From: an uncultured Coriobacteriaceae bacterium
GTDB taxonomy: Bacteria; Actinomycetota; Coriobacteriia; Coriobacteriales; Atopobiaceae
DNA length: 64,000 nt
Direction: 5' to 3'
NCBI GenBank assembly: GCA_902793195.1
Contig: CADBCS010000002.1
Span: 90,041-154,040, forward strand
Shown piece by piece: positions 27,364-37,109 of this stretch; position 1 is the first letter of the stretch, and each line of letters begins with the position of its first letter. A program made the position numbers and the translations under genes. The notes under the pieces are model-generated. The model was not told the DNA's origin, did no database searches, and saw only the letters and a list, made by a program, of their open reading frames with translations.

Positions 27364-28500
27364 ATGGACTTTAAGCCTGCAAAGAAGCTCGGATTCGGCC
27401 TCATGCGCCTGCCGCGCACCGACGACAACGATCCGGCCAAGGTGGACGTCGAGCAGGTCAAGCAGATGGTGGACCTGTTCATGGAGAAGGGCTTCACCTA
27501 CTTCGACACGGCATGGATGTACAACGGCTTTGCCAGCGAGTACGTGGCAAAGACGGCGCTCGTCGACCGCTATCCGCGCGAGAGCTTCACGTTGGCCACC
27601 AAGCTGCACGACGGGTTCTTCTCGTCGTTCGAGGGTCGCGACGAGATCTTTAACGCCCAGCTCAAAAAGACCGGCGTGACGTACTTCGACTACTACCTGC
27701 TGCACGGCATCGAGGCGTCGAGCCTGCCGCACTACGAGAAGTACGACTGCTTCGACTGGCTGCTGCAGAAGAAGGCCGACGGCCTCGTGCGCCACGTGGG
27801 CTTCTCGTTCCACGACAGCGCAGAGTTGCTCGACAAGATCCTGACCGAGCATCCCCAGATGGAGTTTGTGCAGTTGCAGATCAACTACCTGGACTGGGAG
27901 AGCGAGTGGATCCAGTCGCGCGCATGCTACGAGGTGGCCGAGCGTCACGGCGTGCCGGTAATCGTGATGGAGCCCATCAAGGGCGGCACGCTGGCATACA
28001 TTTCGGAGGAGGCCGAGGCCGTGCTCAAGGCGCTCGACCCCGCCCGCTCGATCGCTAGCTGGGCGATTCGCTTTGTGGCGAGCCTGCCCAATGTGATGTG
28101 CGTGCTGTCGGGCATGAGCAGCGTGGAGCAGATGGAGGACAACCTGTCGTACATGGAGGACTTCCAGCCCCTCACCGAGGAGGAGCGCGCGGCGTGCTTC
28201 CGGGTGGCCGACATCATCAACGCTCAGACCACGATTGCCTGCACGGCGTGCCACTACTGCACCGACGGGTGCCCGCAGCACATCTGCATCCCGGAGTACT
28301 TCTCGCTGTACAACGAGGACATGCGCGACGACCTGGAGCACAAGGGCTGGACGATCAACTTTACCAACTTCAAGAAGCTCTCCGAGGAGTTTGGCAAGCC
28401 CAGCGACTGCATAGGCTGCGGCCAGTGCGAGTACATGTGCCCGCAGCATCTGCCCATCATCGACACGCTCGAGCAGGTGGCGGCGCACTACGAGCAGTAG
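27364..28500 (+). CDS. aldo/keto reductase with C-terminal 4Fe-4S cluster-binding region
   Basis: LGFGLMRLP...FDTAWMY AKR N-terminus. C-terminal CTACHYCTDGCP and CIGCGQCEYMCP cysteine clusters. Confidence 0.75.
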   Translation: MDFKPAKKLGFGLMRLPRTDDNDPAKVDVEQVKQMVDLFMEKGFTYFDTAWMYNGFASEYVAKTALVDRYPRESFTLATKLHDGFFSSFEGRDEIFNAQLKKTGVTYFDYYLLHGIEASSLPHYEKYDCFDWLLQKKADGLVRHVGFSFHDSAELLDKILTEHPQMEFVQLQINYLDWESEWIQSRACYEVAERHGVPVIVMEPIKGGTLAYISEEAEAVLKALDPARSIASWAIRFVASLPNVMCVLSGMSSVEQMEDNLSYMEDFQPLTEEERAACFRVADIINAQTTIACTACHYCTDGCPQHICIPEYFSLYNEDMRDDLEHKGWTINFTNFKKLSEEFGKPSDCIGCGQCEYMCPQHLPIIDTLEQVAAHYEQ

Positions 28501-28509
28501 ACAAGGTCC

Positions 28510-28546
28510 GACCGGTCGTTCGGGGACCGTCCCCGAACGACTGGTT
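28510..28546. repeat. P-family palindromic unit (35 bp)
   Basis: ACCGGTCGTTCGGGGAC-C-GTCCCCGAACGACTGGT; 16 of 17 positions pair and the mismatch is G-T type. Confidence 0.85.
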
Positions 28547-28649
28547 TATTGCGGCAATCGCCACAATCCGCCGTGGACGGACACATGCCATGGCGTACGA
28601 TGGACAGGTCGGTCGCGCTCAGCAAGAGCGCCGAGCAAAGGAGTCGAAC

Positions 28650-29744
28650 ATGGCACAGCGTTTAACGAGAAGGGGCTTCGTGGGGCTGGCGGGAGGCATG
28701 CTTGGCACGGTCCTGCTCAACGCATGCTCTGGCAATTCGGGCGGCGACGGTCAGGGTGCCACGGGTCAAGACGCCACCGGAAAGGATGCTGCCGCAACGT
28801 CTGGCATCGACTACATGGCGCTCATAAACTGGCAGAACAAGCTGCCCGACAACTGGGAGTCCGCGGTCGACCTCGTGGAGGAGAAGAGCCTGCTCTATGA
28901 CAGCCCGGTGCGGGTGGAGCGCAAGGCCTACGAGGCGTGGCAGGCGCTCAAGGAGGACCTTGCCAAGGAGGGCGTTGGCGCGGAGCTCGACTCCTGCTAC
29001 CGCAGCGTGGCGGAGCAGCAGGAGGTGTGGGACGAGTTCACCAAGAAGTACGGCGAGGAGTACACCAAGACGCACGTTGCCGTGCCCGGCTATTCCGAGC
29101 ATCACACGGGGCTGGCGCTCGACCTGTTCCTGGTCGTCGACGGCAAGAACGTGAGCGAGAACGAGGAAATGGTAAAGCACGCCGACATATGGGAGAAGAT
29201 TCACGCCAAGCTGGCCGCCCACGGTTTCATCCTGCGCTACCTGCCCCAAAGGGCGATCTTCACGCACTGCAGCTACGAGCCGTGGCACATCCGCTACATC
29301 GACGACCCCGAGGTGGCAGGCAAGATTGCGGCCTCCGGACAGACCTTCGAGGAGTATCTTAACAAGGTGAATCCCCCCGTGGCGGGGTGCACGGTGGACT
29401 ACGGTCACTCAAAGGTCTACGACGACTCGCAAATCGACTCGGCGCTTCTTGCCATGCTCGACGAGTTCTGCACCTGGAAGGGCTGCGTGATGCAGCGCTT
29501 TGCCTTTGCGGGCGACGACGCCTGCGGGGCCGAGGATGTGAAGTACGTGAACAGCCTGCGCAAGGAGGGGACGGACGAGTTTGGTCAGGCTATCGTGCTC
29601 GTGACCGACTTCCACTCGCCGTCTGCCGAGCAGGCGGAGGGCACCGCCTGGGAGCCCGACACCGACTACAAGGACTACACCTGGCACTTGGGCCGAACTG
29701 ACGCCGACTCAAGCTGGCAGCTCATGAGCTGGGGATACGCGTAG
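28650..29744 (+). CDS. VanY/M15B-family D-alanyl-D-alanine carboxypeptidase, Tat-signal lipoprotein, with extra C-terminal domain
   Basis: MAQRLTRRGFVGLAG...LLNAC (Tat motif plus lipobox). CYRSVAEQQ, PGYSEHHTGLALDL and EPWHIRYI catalytic motifs. Confidence 0.75.
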   Translation: MAQRLTRRGFVGLAGGMLGTVLLNACSGNSGGDGQGATGQDATGKDAAATSGIDYMALINWQNKLPDNWESAVDLVEEKSLLYDSPVRVERKAYEAWQALKEDLAKEGVGAELDSCYRSVAEQQEVWDEFTKKYGEEYTKTHVAVPGYSEHHTGLALDLFLVVDGKNVSENEEMVKHADIWEKIHAKLAAHGFILRYLPQRAIFTHCSYEPWHIRYIDDPEVAGKIAASGQTFEEYLNKVNPPVAGCTVDYGHSKVYDDSQIDSALLAMLDEFCTWKGCVMQRFAFAGDDACGAEDVKYVNSLRKEGTDEFGQAIVLVTDFHSPSAEQAEGTAWEPDTDYKDYTWHLGRTDADSSWQLMSWGYA

Positions 29745-29781
29745 GAACTCGCGGGGATACGCACCGACGCACAAGACTCGT

Positions 29782-29805
29782 GGCCGCCGCGGTTCCGTGG
29801 CGGCC
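29782..29805. terminator. hairpin between convergent genes (putative bidirectional terminator)
   Basis: GGCCGCC-GCGGTTCCGT-GGCGGCC followed by TTCGCTTCC. Confidence 0.4.
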
Positions 29806-29840
29806 TTCGCTTCCGCGTCCCGCGCTTCCGCCACCCTTCG

Positions 29841-30857
29841 TTACAGGAGGCCGGCGTGGGCGAGCATGTAGAGCTTGGAGGGCACGAGCACGCCATTGCG
29901 CCAGCGAACCTTTACCCACTGGGGCATGAGCGTGAGGGCGTATCTTCCCATCGTGCCATCGTCGAGCTCAACGGGGATGGAGCGCGCGAACGCGGCTTGC
30001 GCACCAAGTGGCCAGCGGCTGTCGGCGATGCCCCAGCCCTCCAGCAGCCGCATGACGTTGCTGCTCTCACCATTCGCAAAGCTGGACATCACGGCTTGGG
30101 GCTGGTGTATGCCAAACTGCACGTCGATGGCAAAGGTGTCGCCCAGCGTGCCGTCGGGATACACGTCCAGCTGGAAATCCGTTCCACCAGGAGCTGTGGC
30201 CATGAGCCGCGACGCCTGCTCGAGCATGGTGTCGGTGTAGGCGGTAAAGCCAATCCTGCGGAAGACGGAGCCTAGGCGCTCGGGGTCCTGCGCGCACGCG
30301 TCCCCCTCTGTGCCGAAGGGGTATCCGCACACGCGTAGGGGAGAGCCGGGACGTCCCCTAAAGAGTCCCATGAACGAGAGCGGCCAACCCTCGGGCATGC
30401 GTGAGGCAAGGTCGAGGTACAGGTCGGCGCGCTCTGGTTCGCCCAACGCCTGGAAGAAGGGTCGCACGAGGTTGGTCTTCTCCCGCGGCTGAAAGTGCAC
30501 GGCCGCGGGGGCGAGGTCGGCCTCCTTTGTGTCCAGCTCGTATCCAAACGAGATGCGCTCGTAGCCTGGCTTTTCCTGGGCATACCAATCGAGTACCGCA
30601 TCCGTTCCGTCCGCTGCCTCGGATGCGATGCGAGTGCCCGGGTCGATCTCGCCCAGCAGAATCGTCACGTCCAGGAAGGGGTTGCCGGCAAGGGGGAACT
30701 CAAGGTAGACGTTGGGAAACTCCTTCCCCACCATAAAGGGTAGCGAGGCGGTTCGGGCCCTGCTCAGGCTCTCGCCAAACAGGATGTCACCACGACTCGC
30801 GTCCGCCGCCTGCAGCAGCAACACTTGGAATGCGTCCGCGTGCGTCAGTGTTCGCAT
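29841..30857 (-). CDS. hypothetical protein (338 aa), no motif recognised
   Basis: Long ORF with coding-like composition. ATG 30857 has GGAGGAGGA about 14 nt upstream; the alternative start is 30941. Confidence 0.5.
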   Translation of the reverse strand: MRTLTHADAFQVLLLQAADASRGDILFGESLSRARTASLPFMVGKEFPNVYLEFPLAGNPFLDVTILLGEIDPGTRIASEAADGTDAVLDWYAQEKPGYERISFGYELDTKEADLAPAAVHFQPREKTNLVRPFFQALGEPERADLYLDLASRMPEGWPLSFMGLFRGRPGSPLRVCGYPFGTEGDACAQDPERLGSVFRRIGFTAYTDTMLEQASRLMATAPGGTDFQLDVYPDGTLGDTFAIDVQFGIHQPQAVMSSFANGESSNVMRLLEGWGIADSRWPLGAQAAFARSIPVELDDGTMGRYALTLMPQWVKVRWRNGVLVPSKLYMLAHAGLL

Positions 30858-31020
30858 GGTGTGACCACCGTCCTCCTCCGAAACATCCAAATAGAGTATA
30901 GCAAACGAGCAAAGGTGCATTTGGAGGTGCGCTTCCAGCAAGGCGCGCGACGAGTCGCGGGCGGACGGTGTCGATTTGGGTTACGATACGTGTAGTCGCC
31001 AACCCGAGAGGAGCAGCAAG

Positions 31021-32859
31021 ATGGCACAAAGAAGGCGTTCTTCCATAAGCGGCAGGTTGCTTACGCGCCGCGAGGCGTTGGCAGCGGCGGCCGGTACCAT
31101 GCTGCTTGTGGGCTGCGGGTCGCAACAGCCCACGGCCGCACCGACCGCGGGGGACGACGAGGCGACCCCCTCATACCAGAACGCGCAAGATGCCCTGGCC
31201 GACCTCGCGTGGTGGCAGAACACCGTCGTGTACGAGGTGTACCCCAAGAGCTTCCGCGACACGGCGGGGAAGGGAACGGGCACCATCGCCGGGGTGACGG
31301 AGCGACTCGACTACCTTGCGAGTCTGGGGGTGGGCGCCATCTGGCTCACGCCCGTGTACAAGTCGCCCATGAAGGACAACGGGTACGACATCTCGGACTA
31401 CTACTCCATCGACCCAAGCTTTGGCACCATGGACGACATGGAGGAGCTCATCGCGCAGGCGAGCCAGCGCGACATCCGCATCGTGATGGACCTCGTTATG
31501 AACCACACGTCAAACGAGAACGCCTGGTTCAAGGAATCCAGCTCCTCCAGGGACAATCCCAAGAGCGACTGGTACATTTGGCGCGATGCTGAGGAGGACG
31601 GTGGTGCGCCCAACAACTGGCGCGGCATCTTTGGTGGTTCGGCCTGGACGTGGAGTGAGACCCGTCAGCAGTATTACCTGCACACGTTCGCCGACTTCCA
31701 GCCCGACCTCAACTGGGAGTGCGAGGAGATGCGCAACGAGCTGTTCAAGATGGCTCGGTTCTGGCTCGACAAGGGCCTGGGCGGTTTTCGCATCGACGCG
31801 GTAACCTACATCAAGAAGCCCGACGACTTTGGGGATGGCGAGGCCGACCTCAGCGATGGCACCGTGAGCATTCATCGCATGACGGCAAACACCCCCGGCA
31901 TCTTGGACTTTCTACGCGAATTCGATCGCGCGGTGATGGAGGGCTCCGATGCCTTTGCGGTGGCGGAGGCCAACGGAGTGCCCGCGGACGAGCTGGACAA
32001 GTGGGTTGGCGACGACGGCGTGTTTGACATGCTCTTTGAATTCAATCACATGAACGTCCTTGAGGGTGGGGCCGACCACTGGTACGCGCAGGGGGAGTGG
32101 AAGCTCACCGAGTTCAAGCAGGCGCTCACCAACAGCCAGAGGGCCACGGCACACAACGGGTGGTATCCCATCTATCTGGAGAACCACGACCAGCCGCGTT
32201 CCGTAAACCAGGTGTTGCCCAAGGCAAGGGACAAGCGTGCGGGCGCGAAGATGCTCGGCGCGGTGCTCATGACGTTGCGCGGCACGCCGTTTGTGTATGA
32301 GGCCGAGGAACTGGGCTACCAAAACGTGGCGTGGCCGTCCATCGACGACTACGACGACGTGGAGTCGCATAGCGAGTACGACATCGCGTTGGATGAGGGC
32401 AAGAGCGAGGCGGAGGCCCTTGCCTGCGTGCACGACCACAGTCGCGACAACGCCCGGACGCCCATGCAGTGGGATGCGTCCGAGCATGCGGGATTCTCCA
32501 CCGGCAAGCCGTGGCTTCCCGTACACGACGACTACAAGACGTGCAACGTGGAGGCTCAGGGCGCGGATGCCGACTCCGTGCTGACCTGGTATCGCTCGCT
32601 GGCGCAGCTGCGCAAGGATATGCCCGTGCTCGTGGCCGGGGACTACACCGAGCTTATGGCCGACAGCGAGACGCTGTTTGCCTTCGAGCGCACATGTGGC
32701 AACGACAGGGCCGTGGTCCTTGCGAACTTCACCGAGGACGAGGTGAGCTACGACGCAACCGTGGTCGACGGCATGAAGGTGGCTCTGGACACCCACCCAA
32801 GCAACACTGCGGGAATACTGCGCCCGCTCGAGGCCGTGGTTTTCGCCAACAGGAAGTGA
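31021..32859 (+). CDS. GH13 alpha-glucosidase / oligo-1,6-glucosidase family, Tat-signal lipoprotein
   Basis: DLVMNHTS, GGFRIDAV, YLENHDQPR conserved GH13 regions. N-terminus MAQRRRSSISGRLLTRREAL...LLVGC. Confidence 0.8.
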   Translation: MAQRRRSSISGRLLTRREALAAAAGTMLLVGCGSQQPTAAPTAGDDEATPSYQNAQDALADLAWWQNTVVYEVYPKSFRDTAGKGTGTIAGVTERLDYLASLGVGAIWLTPVYKSPMKDNGYDISDYYSIDPSFGTMDDMEELIAQASQRDIRIVMDLVMNHTSNENAWFKESSSSRDNPKSDWYIWRDAEEDGGAPNNWRGIFGGSAWTWSETRQQYYLHTFADFQPDLNWECEEMRNELFKMARFWLDKGLGGFRIDAVTYIKKPDDFGDGEADLSDGTVSIHRMTANTPGILDFLREFDRAVMEGSDAFAVAEANGVPADELDKWVGDDGVFDMLFEFNHMNVLEGGADHWYAQGEWKLTEFKQALTNSQRATAHNGWYPIYLENHDQPRSVNQVLPKARDKRAGAKMLGAVLMTLRGTPFVYEAEELGYQNVAWPSIDDYDDVESHSEYDIALDEGKSEAEALACVHDHSRDNARTPMQWDASEHAGFSTGKPWLPVHDDYKTCNVEAQGADADSVLTWYRSLAQLRKDMPVLVAGDYTELMADSETLFAFERTCGNDRAVVLANFTEDEVSYDATVVDGMKVALDTHPSNTAGILRPLEAVVFANRK

Positions 32860-33055
32860 GGCTGCGGCGATATCGGACCGAACGACCTTGCTGAGGGCCG
32901 TGGCACTCCCGTTTGAACCCACCCGATTCTTGCCTGGCTGCGCGTAAAAGGGTGCTCAGTGCGACTGGACACCCGCCCAGGTGAGCCGCCCACGTCCCCA
33001 AACCCATCCCATATACTTACTGTGGGATACGGGTTTCGTTAGGGGTGGAAAACTC

Positions 33056-33643
33056 ATGGCACAGAAAGAACGACGCAAGGACGGGCTGCTCGCCAGGATG
33101 GTTGCCCTCTTTGTCGCCACGTTCACCATAAGCGCGACGGCCAACTCCGGATACGCCATCATCGCCGTGATGAGGGACGACTTCGTGAACAAGCGCAAGT
33201 GGTTTACCGAGGACGAGATGAACGACTACATCGCCATCGTCCAGAGCTGCCCCGGTCCCATGGCGGTCACCTCGTCCATGGTCGTGGGCTATCAGAGTGC
33301 GGGCTTCCTGGGTTCGTTTGCCGCCGTCTTGGGAGTCATCACCCCGCCGTTCGTGGTTATGGTGCTCGTGACCGTCTTCTACGAGGCCATCGTGAGCAAC
33401 CCCTACGTTGGCGTCTTCATGCGCGGCATGCAGATGGGCGTCGTGGCGATGTTGCTCGACATCTGCATTGGGCTCTTTCGCAACGCCACGCAAAAATCGG
33501 TCGCATATCCCCTGGCAATCATGGTGATCGCCTTCCTATACGTGCGACTCACTGGTTGCTCCATCATGTGGCTCGCACTCGGATGCGGTGTGGTCGGTGC
33601 CGTCCGGGCACTGCTTATAAAGAGGGAGGTCGAGGCGCGATGA
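33056..33643 (+). CDS. chrA: chromate transporter (ChrA) family protein, first half-size paralogue
   Basis: Multi-TM protein. SGYAIIAVMRDDFV...W.TEDEM.DYIAIVQSCPGP is typical of the CHR family. Confidence 0.7.
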   Translation: MAQKERRKDGLLARMVALFVATFTISATANSGYAIIAVMRDDFVNKRKWFTEDEMNDYIAIVQSCPGPMAVTSSMVVGYQSAGFLGSFAAVLGVITPPFVVMVLVTVFYEAIVSNPYVGVFMRGMQMGVVAMLLDICIGLFRNATQKSVAYPLAIMVIAFLYVRLTGCSIMWLALGCGVVGAVRALLIKREVEAR

Positions 33644-34212
33644 TCGACCCGACGCTTCTTCTGCGCATCTTCGTGGCATTCGTGAGGGTGGGGGCCATAG
33701 CCTTTGGCGGGGCCTATGCCGCCATCCCGCTGGTCGAGCAGGAGGTGGTTGCGAACGAGGGCTTTATGACCTATCCCGAGTTTATGGACCTTCTTGCTCT
33801 GGACGAGATCACGCCGGGACCCATCCTCATCAACAGCGCGACCTTTGTGGGGATGAAGACCGCGGGTCTTCCCGGCGCCTTCGCCGCAACCCTGGGATGC
33901 ATCCTCGTGCCGTGCGTCGTGGCCATCTCGCTGCTGTTCGTGTTTCGCAAGTACAAGGAGACGACGCTGGTAAAGAGCGTCGTCCTCACGCTCAAGTGCA
34001 TGGCCTTGGCACTGATTGCCTCCACGATGGTAACGCTGGGGATGAATGCGGTGGTGCCAGGAGGAACCCCCGCAGACGTCGCCCATGCGGTCTATGCGGT
34101 CACGGTCATGTTCGTTGCCTTCGCCCTCATGCATTGGAGAAAGGTGAGCCCGCTGCCCGTGATGCTGGGCTGTGGCGTGCTTAACGTGCTGGTGAGCCTA
34201 GTGGTTGGATGA
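33640..34212 (+). CDS. chrA: chromate transporter (ChrA) family protein, second half-size paralogue
   Basis: FGGAYAAIPLVEQEVV...LLALDEITPGPILINSATFVG. ATG overlaps the upstream stop (ATGA). Confidence 0.7.
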   Translation: MIDPTLLLRIFVAFVRVGAIAFGGAYAAIPLVEQEVVANEGFMTYPEFMDLLALDEITPGPILINSATFVGMKTAGLPGAFAATLGCILVPCVVAISLLFVFRKYKETTLVKSVVLTLKCMALALIASTMVTLGMNAVVPGGTPADVAHAVYAVTVMFVAFALMHWRKVSPLPVMLGCGVLNVLVSLVVG

Positions 34213-34472
34213 TTGCCACGTCAGGCGTCACGCGATGCCCTGTTCAATCATTGCGGCGATCGCGTGGCAGGTCTTCACGGCGACTCCTTCCGCGATGCTG
34301 CAGCGCGTGATTCCAGGCAATCCTGTCATCAGCGAGAAGCCTCGTCCCTCAGCCCGCTTCGCCCGTTCCCTTCCGTCCAAAACTCCCACACAAACGAGAC
34401 GTCCGCCCGTGTCGCGCGTACTACTCATCAAGGCAGACGTCCCACAAACGACCCAGAAGCAAGGGAGAGACC

Positions 34473-34703
34473 ATGACCGCCGCCATGACCATCATCGCCA
34501 GCAAGACCATCGCATGTGGACTCGCAGCCGCAATCGCCGTTGCGGGTGCCGTCGTGGCGCGATCGCCCAAGGCAGCGCCCGTCAACAACAGCATGGAGCA
34601 GATCTATGGCTCCGATTGCCAGCGGGGAATGCCGCGCGAAGGGGAGGACGCCGCCGTTTTCCAAAGTCCCGACGCGACGCCCGATCCCGACGAGACTGCG
34701 TAA
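34473..34703 (+). CDS. possible small secreted or membrane-anchored protein (76 aa), weak call
   Basis: GGGAGAG before the ATG and a signal-like hydrophobic N-terminus. Could be a GC-driven spurious ORF. Confidence 0.25.
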   Translation: MTAAMTIIASKTIACGLAAAIAVAGAVVARSPKAAPVNNSMEQIYGSDCQRGMPREGEDAAVFQSPDATPDPDETA

Positions 34704-34762
34704 TCGCAGGACTCAACCAGCCGAGCCCGCGCCCAAGGCGCGACCCGCCAGCGAGTACCCCT

Positions 34763-36931
34763 CTACCTGGCGGACGAACCCTTCCTGGCCCACTTGTCCT
34801 CATACATCGCGTGGTCGGCATGGCGCAGCGTTTCGTCCACCGTCCTGTCGGCCTGCGGGTCGAACGTGGCAATGCCCATGGAGAGGTGAATCTGCTCCCA
34901 CAGGTTGTCCGTCGCCTCACACGCCTCGCGCATCTCCTGCTGGAACCGCTCAGCAAGCTCGTCTCTGTGCTCGAAGTCCTCGCCTTCCAGGACAACGGCA
35001 AACTCGTCACCGCCAACCCTAAAGACGGGACTGTGTTGGAACACGCGGCAGATGAAGTGGCACGCCGTCTTTAGGTACTCGTCGCCCAGCTCGTGACCGT
35101 ACTGGTCGTTGACGAGCTTGAGATTGTCGCAGTCGAGCATGCAGAACGCGAACTCAAAGGGTCCCTCTTCGTCCAGTCGCGTCTGCATGCCGCGGACGTG
35201 CTCTTCGAAGGCGCCTTTGTTCCGTACGCGCGTGAGCGGGTCCACAAACACGCGCTGGCTCAGGTCCTCCACCTGATGCTGGGTCTCGTCGACCTTCCTC
35301 TCGGCCCGAATCCGTCGCTGCTGGGCAATGATGACCAGCACCATGGCCACGATTACGGCGACATAGGCCGCGGTTATGCTCGGATTGTGACTGATGAAGG
35401 TGATGAGGTCGGGATTCTCCTCCCCCGCAAAGTAGCGGGTCAGCGCCGAATTGACGGTGGATTGGGGCACGATGCCGCCAATGCGGGCAAAGATGGAGTA
35501 CAGCTCCGTCTCGCCCTCGTCAATCACAAAGCTGTAGCCAATCTCCTTGCCGGTGCTGAGGGTGGTGAGATGGTATTGCTCGCACAGCGCGGTGATGTTG
35601 TTGTAGCGGTAGTTGCTTATGAGAAAGCAGTCCGCCTTCTTGTCGGCCACGGCGCTCAGGCACTTCTGGATGCTTGGATATGCCACCGTCGTCCAGCTTG
35701 GGTGGTGGTCCACGAGGAACGTGTTGTAGTTGAGGTCGCCCTCTATAACGGCAACCCTCACATCGTCCTTCTCCAAAAGGTCTTGCTTGTTGTTCGAGCG
35801 AACCACCGCATACACCTCGGCGTTCATTGCGGGCGGCGTTACGTCCACATCCATCTGCTCGGCGTCGTAGTCGCTCAGGTTGACGGGAAACACGCAATCC
35901 AGGTTGCCGGCCTTGAGCGCGTCTATGGCGGCTGAGGACGTGGAGAAGGGCACGGCCTCAAAGTCGATCTTCGCGTTTGCCGTGTAGTTGGCGGCGGCAT
36001 CGAGGTAGTCTCGCAAGGCACCGACGAGCTCGCCCGTCTGGTCGTCCTTGGCGCAGTAGGCTAGATAGTTGTCCTGGTATCCCACCCGGATGGGCCCGTG
36101 CTCACTCACCCACTCCTGCTCGTCCGTGTCGAGGAACAGGCTCGTTCCCGTGGCCCCCGTATACTTTGCGAGCAGCTCCTGGCTGTAGAAGCGATTCTCG
36201 TCCTCGATCTTTTCCATGGCGTCGTCGAGTTCGTCGAGCAGGTCGTGACGATTCTTGTTGACCGCAAAGTAGATGTCGGAGGATCCAATCGAGGTCACCG
36301 GCGTCATGTTGTCGATGTTCTTGTAGGCCTCAATCGCCAAAAAGGCATCGAGCTTCCCGCTTTGGACCATCTCTACCGCCTCTTGCTCGGCCCCGGTCAG
36401 CTCTACGATCTTCGCCTTGACTCCGCTCAGCTCCTCCCACCTTAGGAAGAGCTCCTTTTGGACGCTGTCCTTGTTCACGCCCACGCGCTTGCCGTCGAAG
36501 AAGGAGTAGTCGCCGCGCGTGTAGGCCGTGTTTCCCGATGCGATGTAGAGGAAGTACTCCTCCGTGCCCATGGGATATGAGGAGAACAGCATTTGGCTGG
36601 CGCGTGCCTCCGTAAAGGATACGCAGCTCAGAAGGTCGATCTCGCCCTTCCTGAGCTTTTGCATGAGGGCTGGCCAGCTGCCCTTTACGTACTCGTAGTC
36701 CCAGTTGGTGTAGGCTGCGACCTTGCGCTGGTACTCGTAGGCGTAGCCGCTGCGCCTGCCCGATGGATCCGTCGTGTTGTAGGGCGACTCGTACCACCCA
36801 ACGCGCACGACGTTTGGGGACTCCTGCTGCGCGCTCGCCACGGTCGGTGTCCCAAGGCCAGCCAGCACGACAAGGACGAGCAGGGCGATTGCAAGGCGCC
36901 AAGCACGACCGGTTGCGGTGGGTGTCAACAT
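34763..36931 (-). CDS. diguanylate cyclase (GGDEF) with two periplasmic SBP_bac_3-type solute-binding domains and one TM segment
   Basis: C-terminus DPLTRVRNKGAF...RVGGDEFAVV. Two regions like VVRVGWYESPY and IRVGYQDNYLAY. ATG 36931 follows GGAGG. Confidence 0.8.
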   Translation of the reverse strand: MLTPTATGRAWRLAIALLVLVVLAGLGTPTVASAQQESPNVVRVGWYESPYNTTDPSGRRSGYAYEYQRKVAAYTNWDYEYVKGSWPALMQKLRKGEIDLLSCVSFTEARASQMLFSSYPMGTEEYFLYIASGNTAYTRGDYSFFDGKRVGVNKDSVQKELFLRWEELSGVKAKIVELTGAEQEAVEMVQSGKLDAFLAIEAYKNIDNMTPVTSIGSSDIYFAVNKNRHDLLDELDDAMEKIEDENRFYSQELLAKYTGATGTSLFLDTDEQEWVSEHGPIRVGYQDNYLAYCAKDDQTGELVGALRDYLDAAANYTANAKIDFEAVPFSTSSAAIDALKAGNLDCVFPVNLSDYDAEQMDVDVTPPAMNAEVYAVVRSNNKQDLLEKDDVRVAVIEGDLNYNTFLVDHHPSWTTVAYPSIQKCLSAVADKKADCFLISNYRYNNITALCEQYHLTTLSTGKEIGYSFVIDEGETELYSIFARIGGIVPQSTVNSALTRYFAGEENPDLITFISHNPSITAAYVAVIVAMVLVIIAQQRRIRAERKVDETQHQVEDLSQRVFVDPLTRVRNKGAFEEHVRGMQTRLDEEGPFEFAFCMLDCDNLKLVNDQYGHELGDEYLKTACHFICRVFQHSPVFRVGGDEFAVVLEGEDFEHRDELAERFQQEMREACEATDNLWEQIHLSMGIATFDPQADRTVDETLRHADHAMYEDKWARKGSSAR

Positions 36932-37109
36932 TTGGCCTCCGAGTCCACGTGCCATCCGTTTTGGGTTCCAAGAGACGTTGGCTAACCATTGTACGCCATC
37001 GCCTTGACGTTTATGCCCGTACGCCATTGTTGTCGGCTCTCGGCGTTGCCAGTGCCAGCGCCTATCGGTATCTTAAAGACCGTGTCGAAGTATGCGGACG
37101 GAGGGCATT

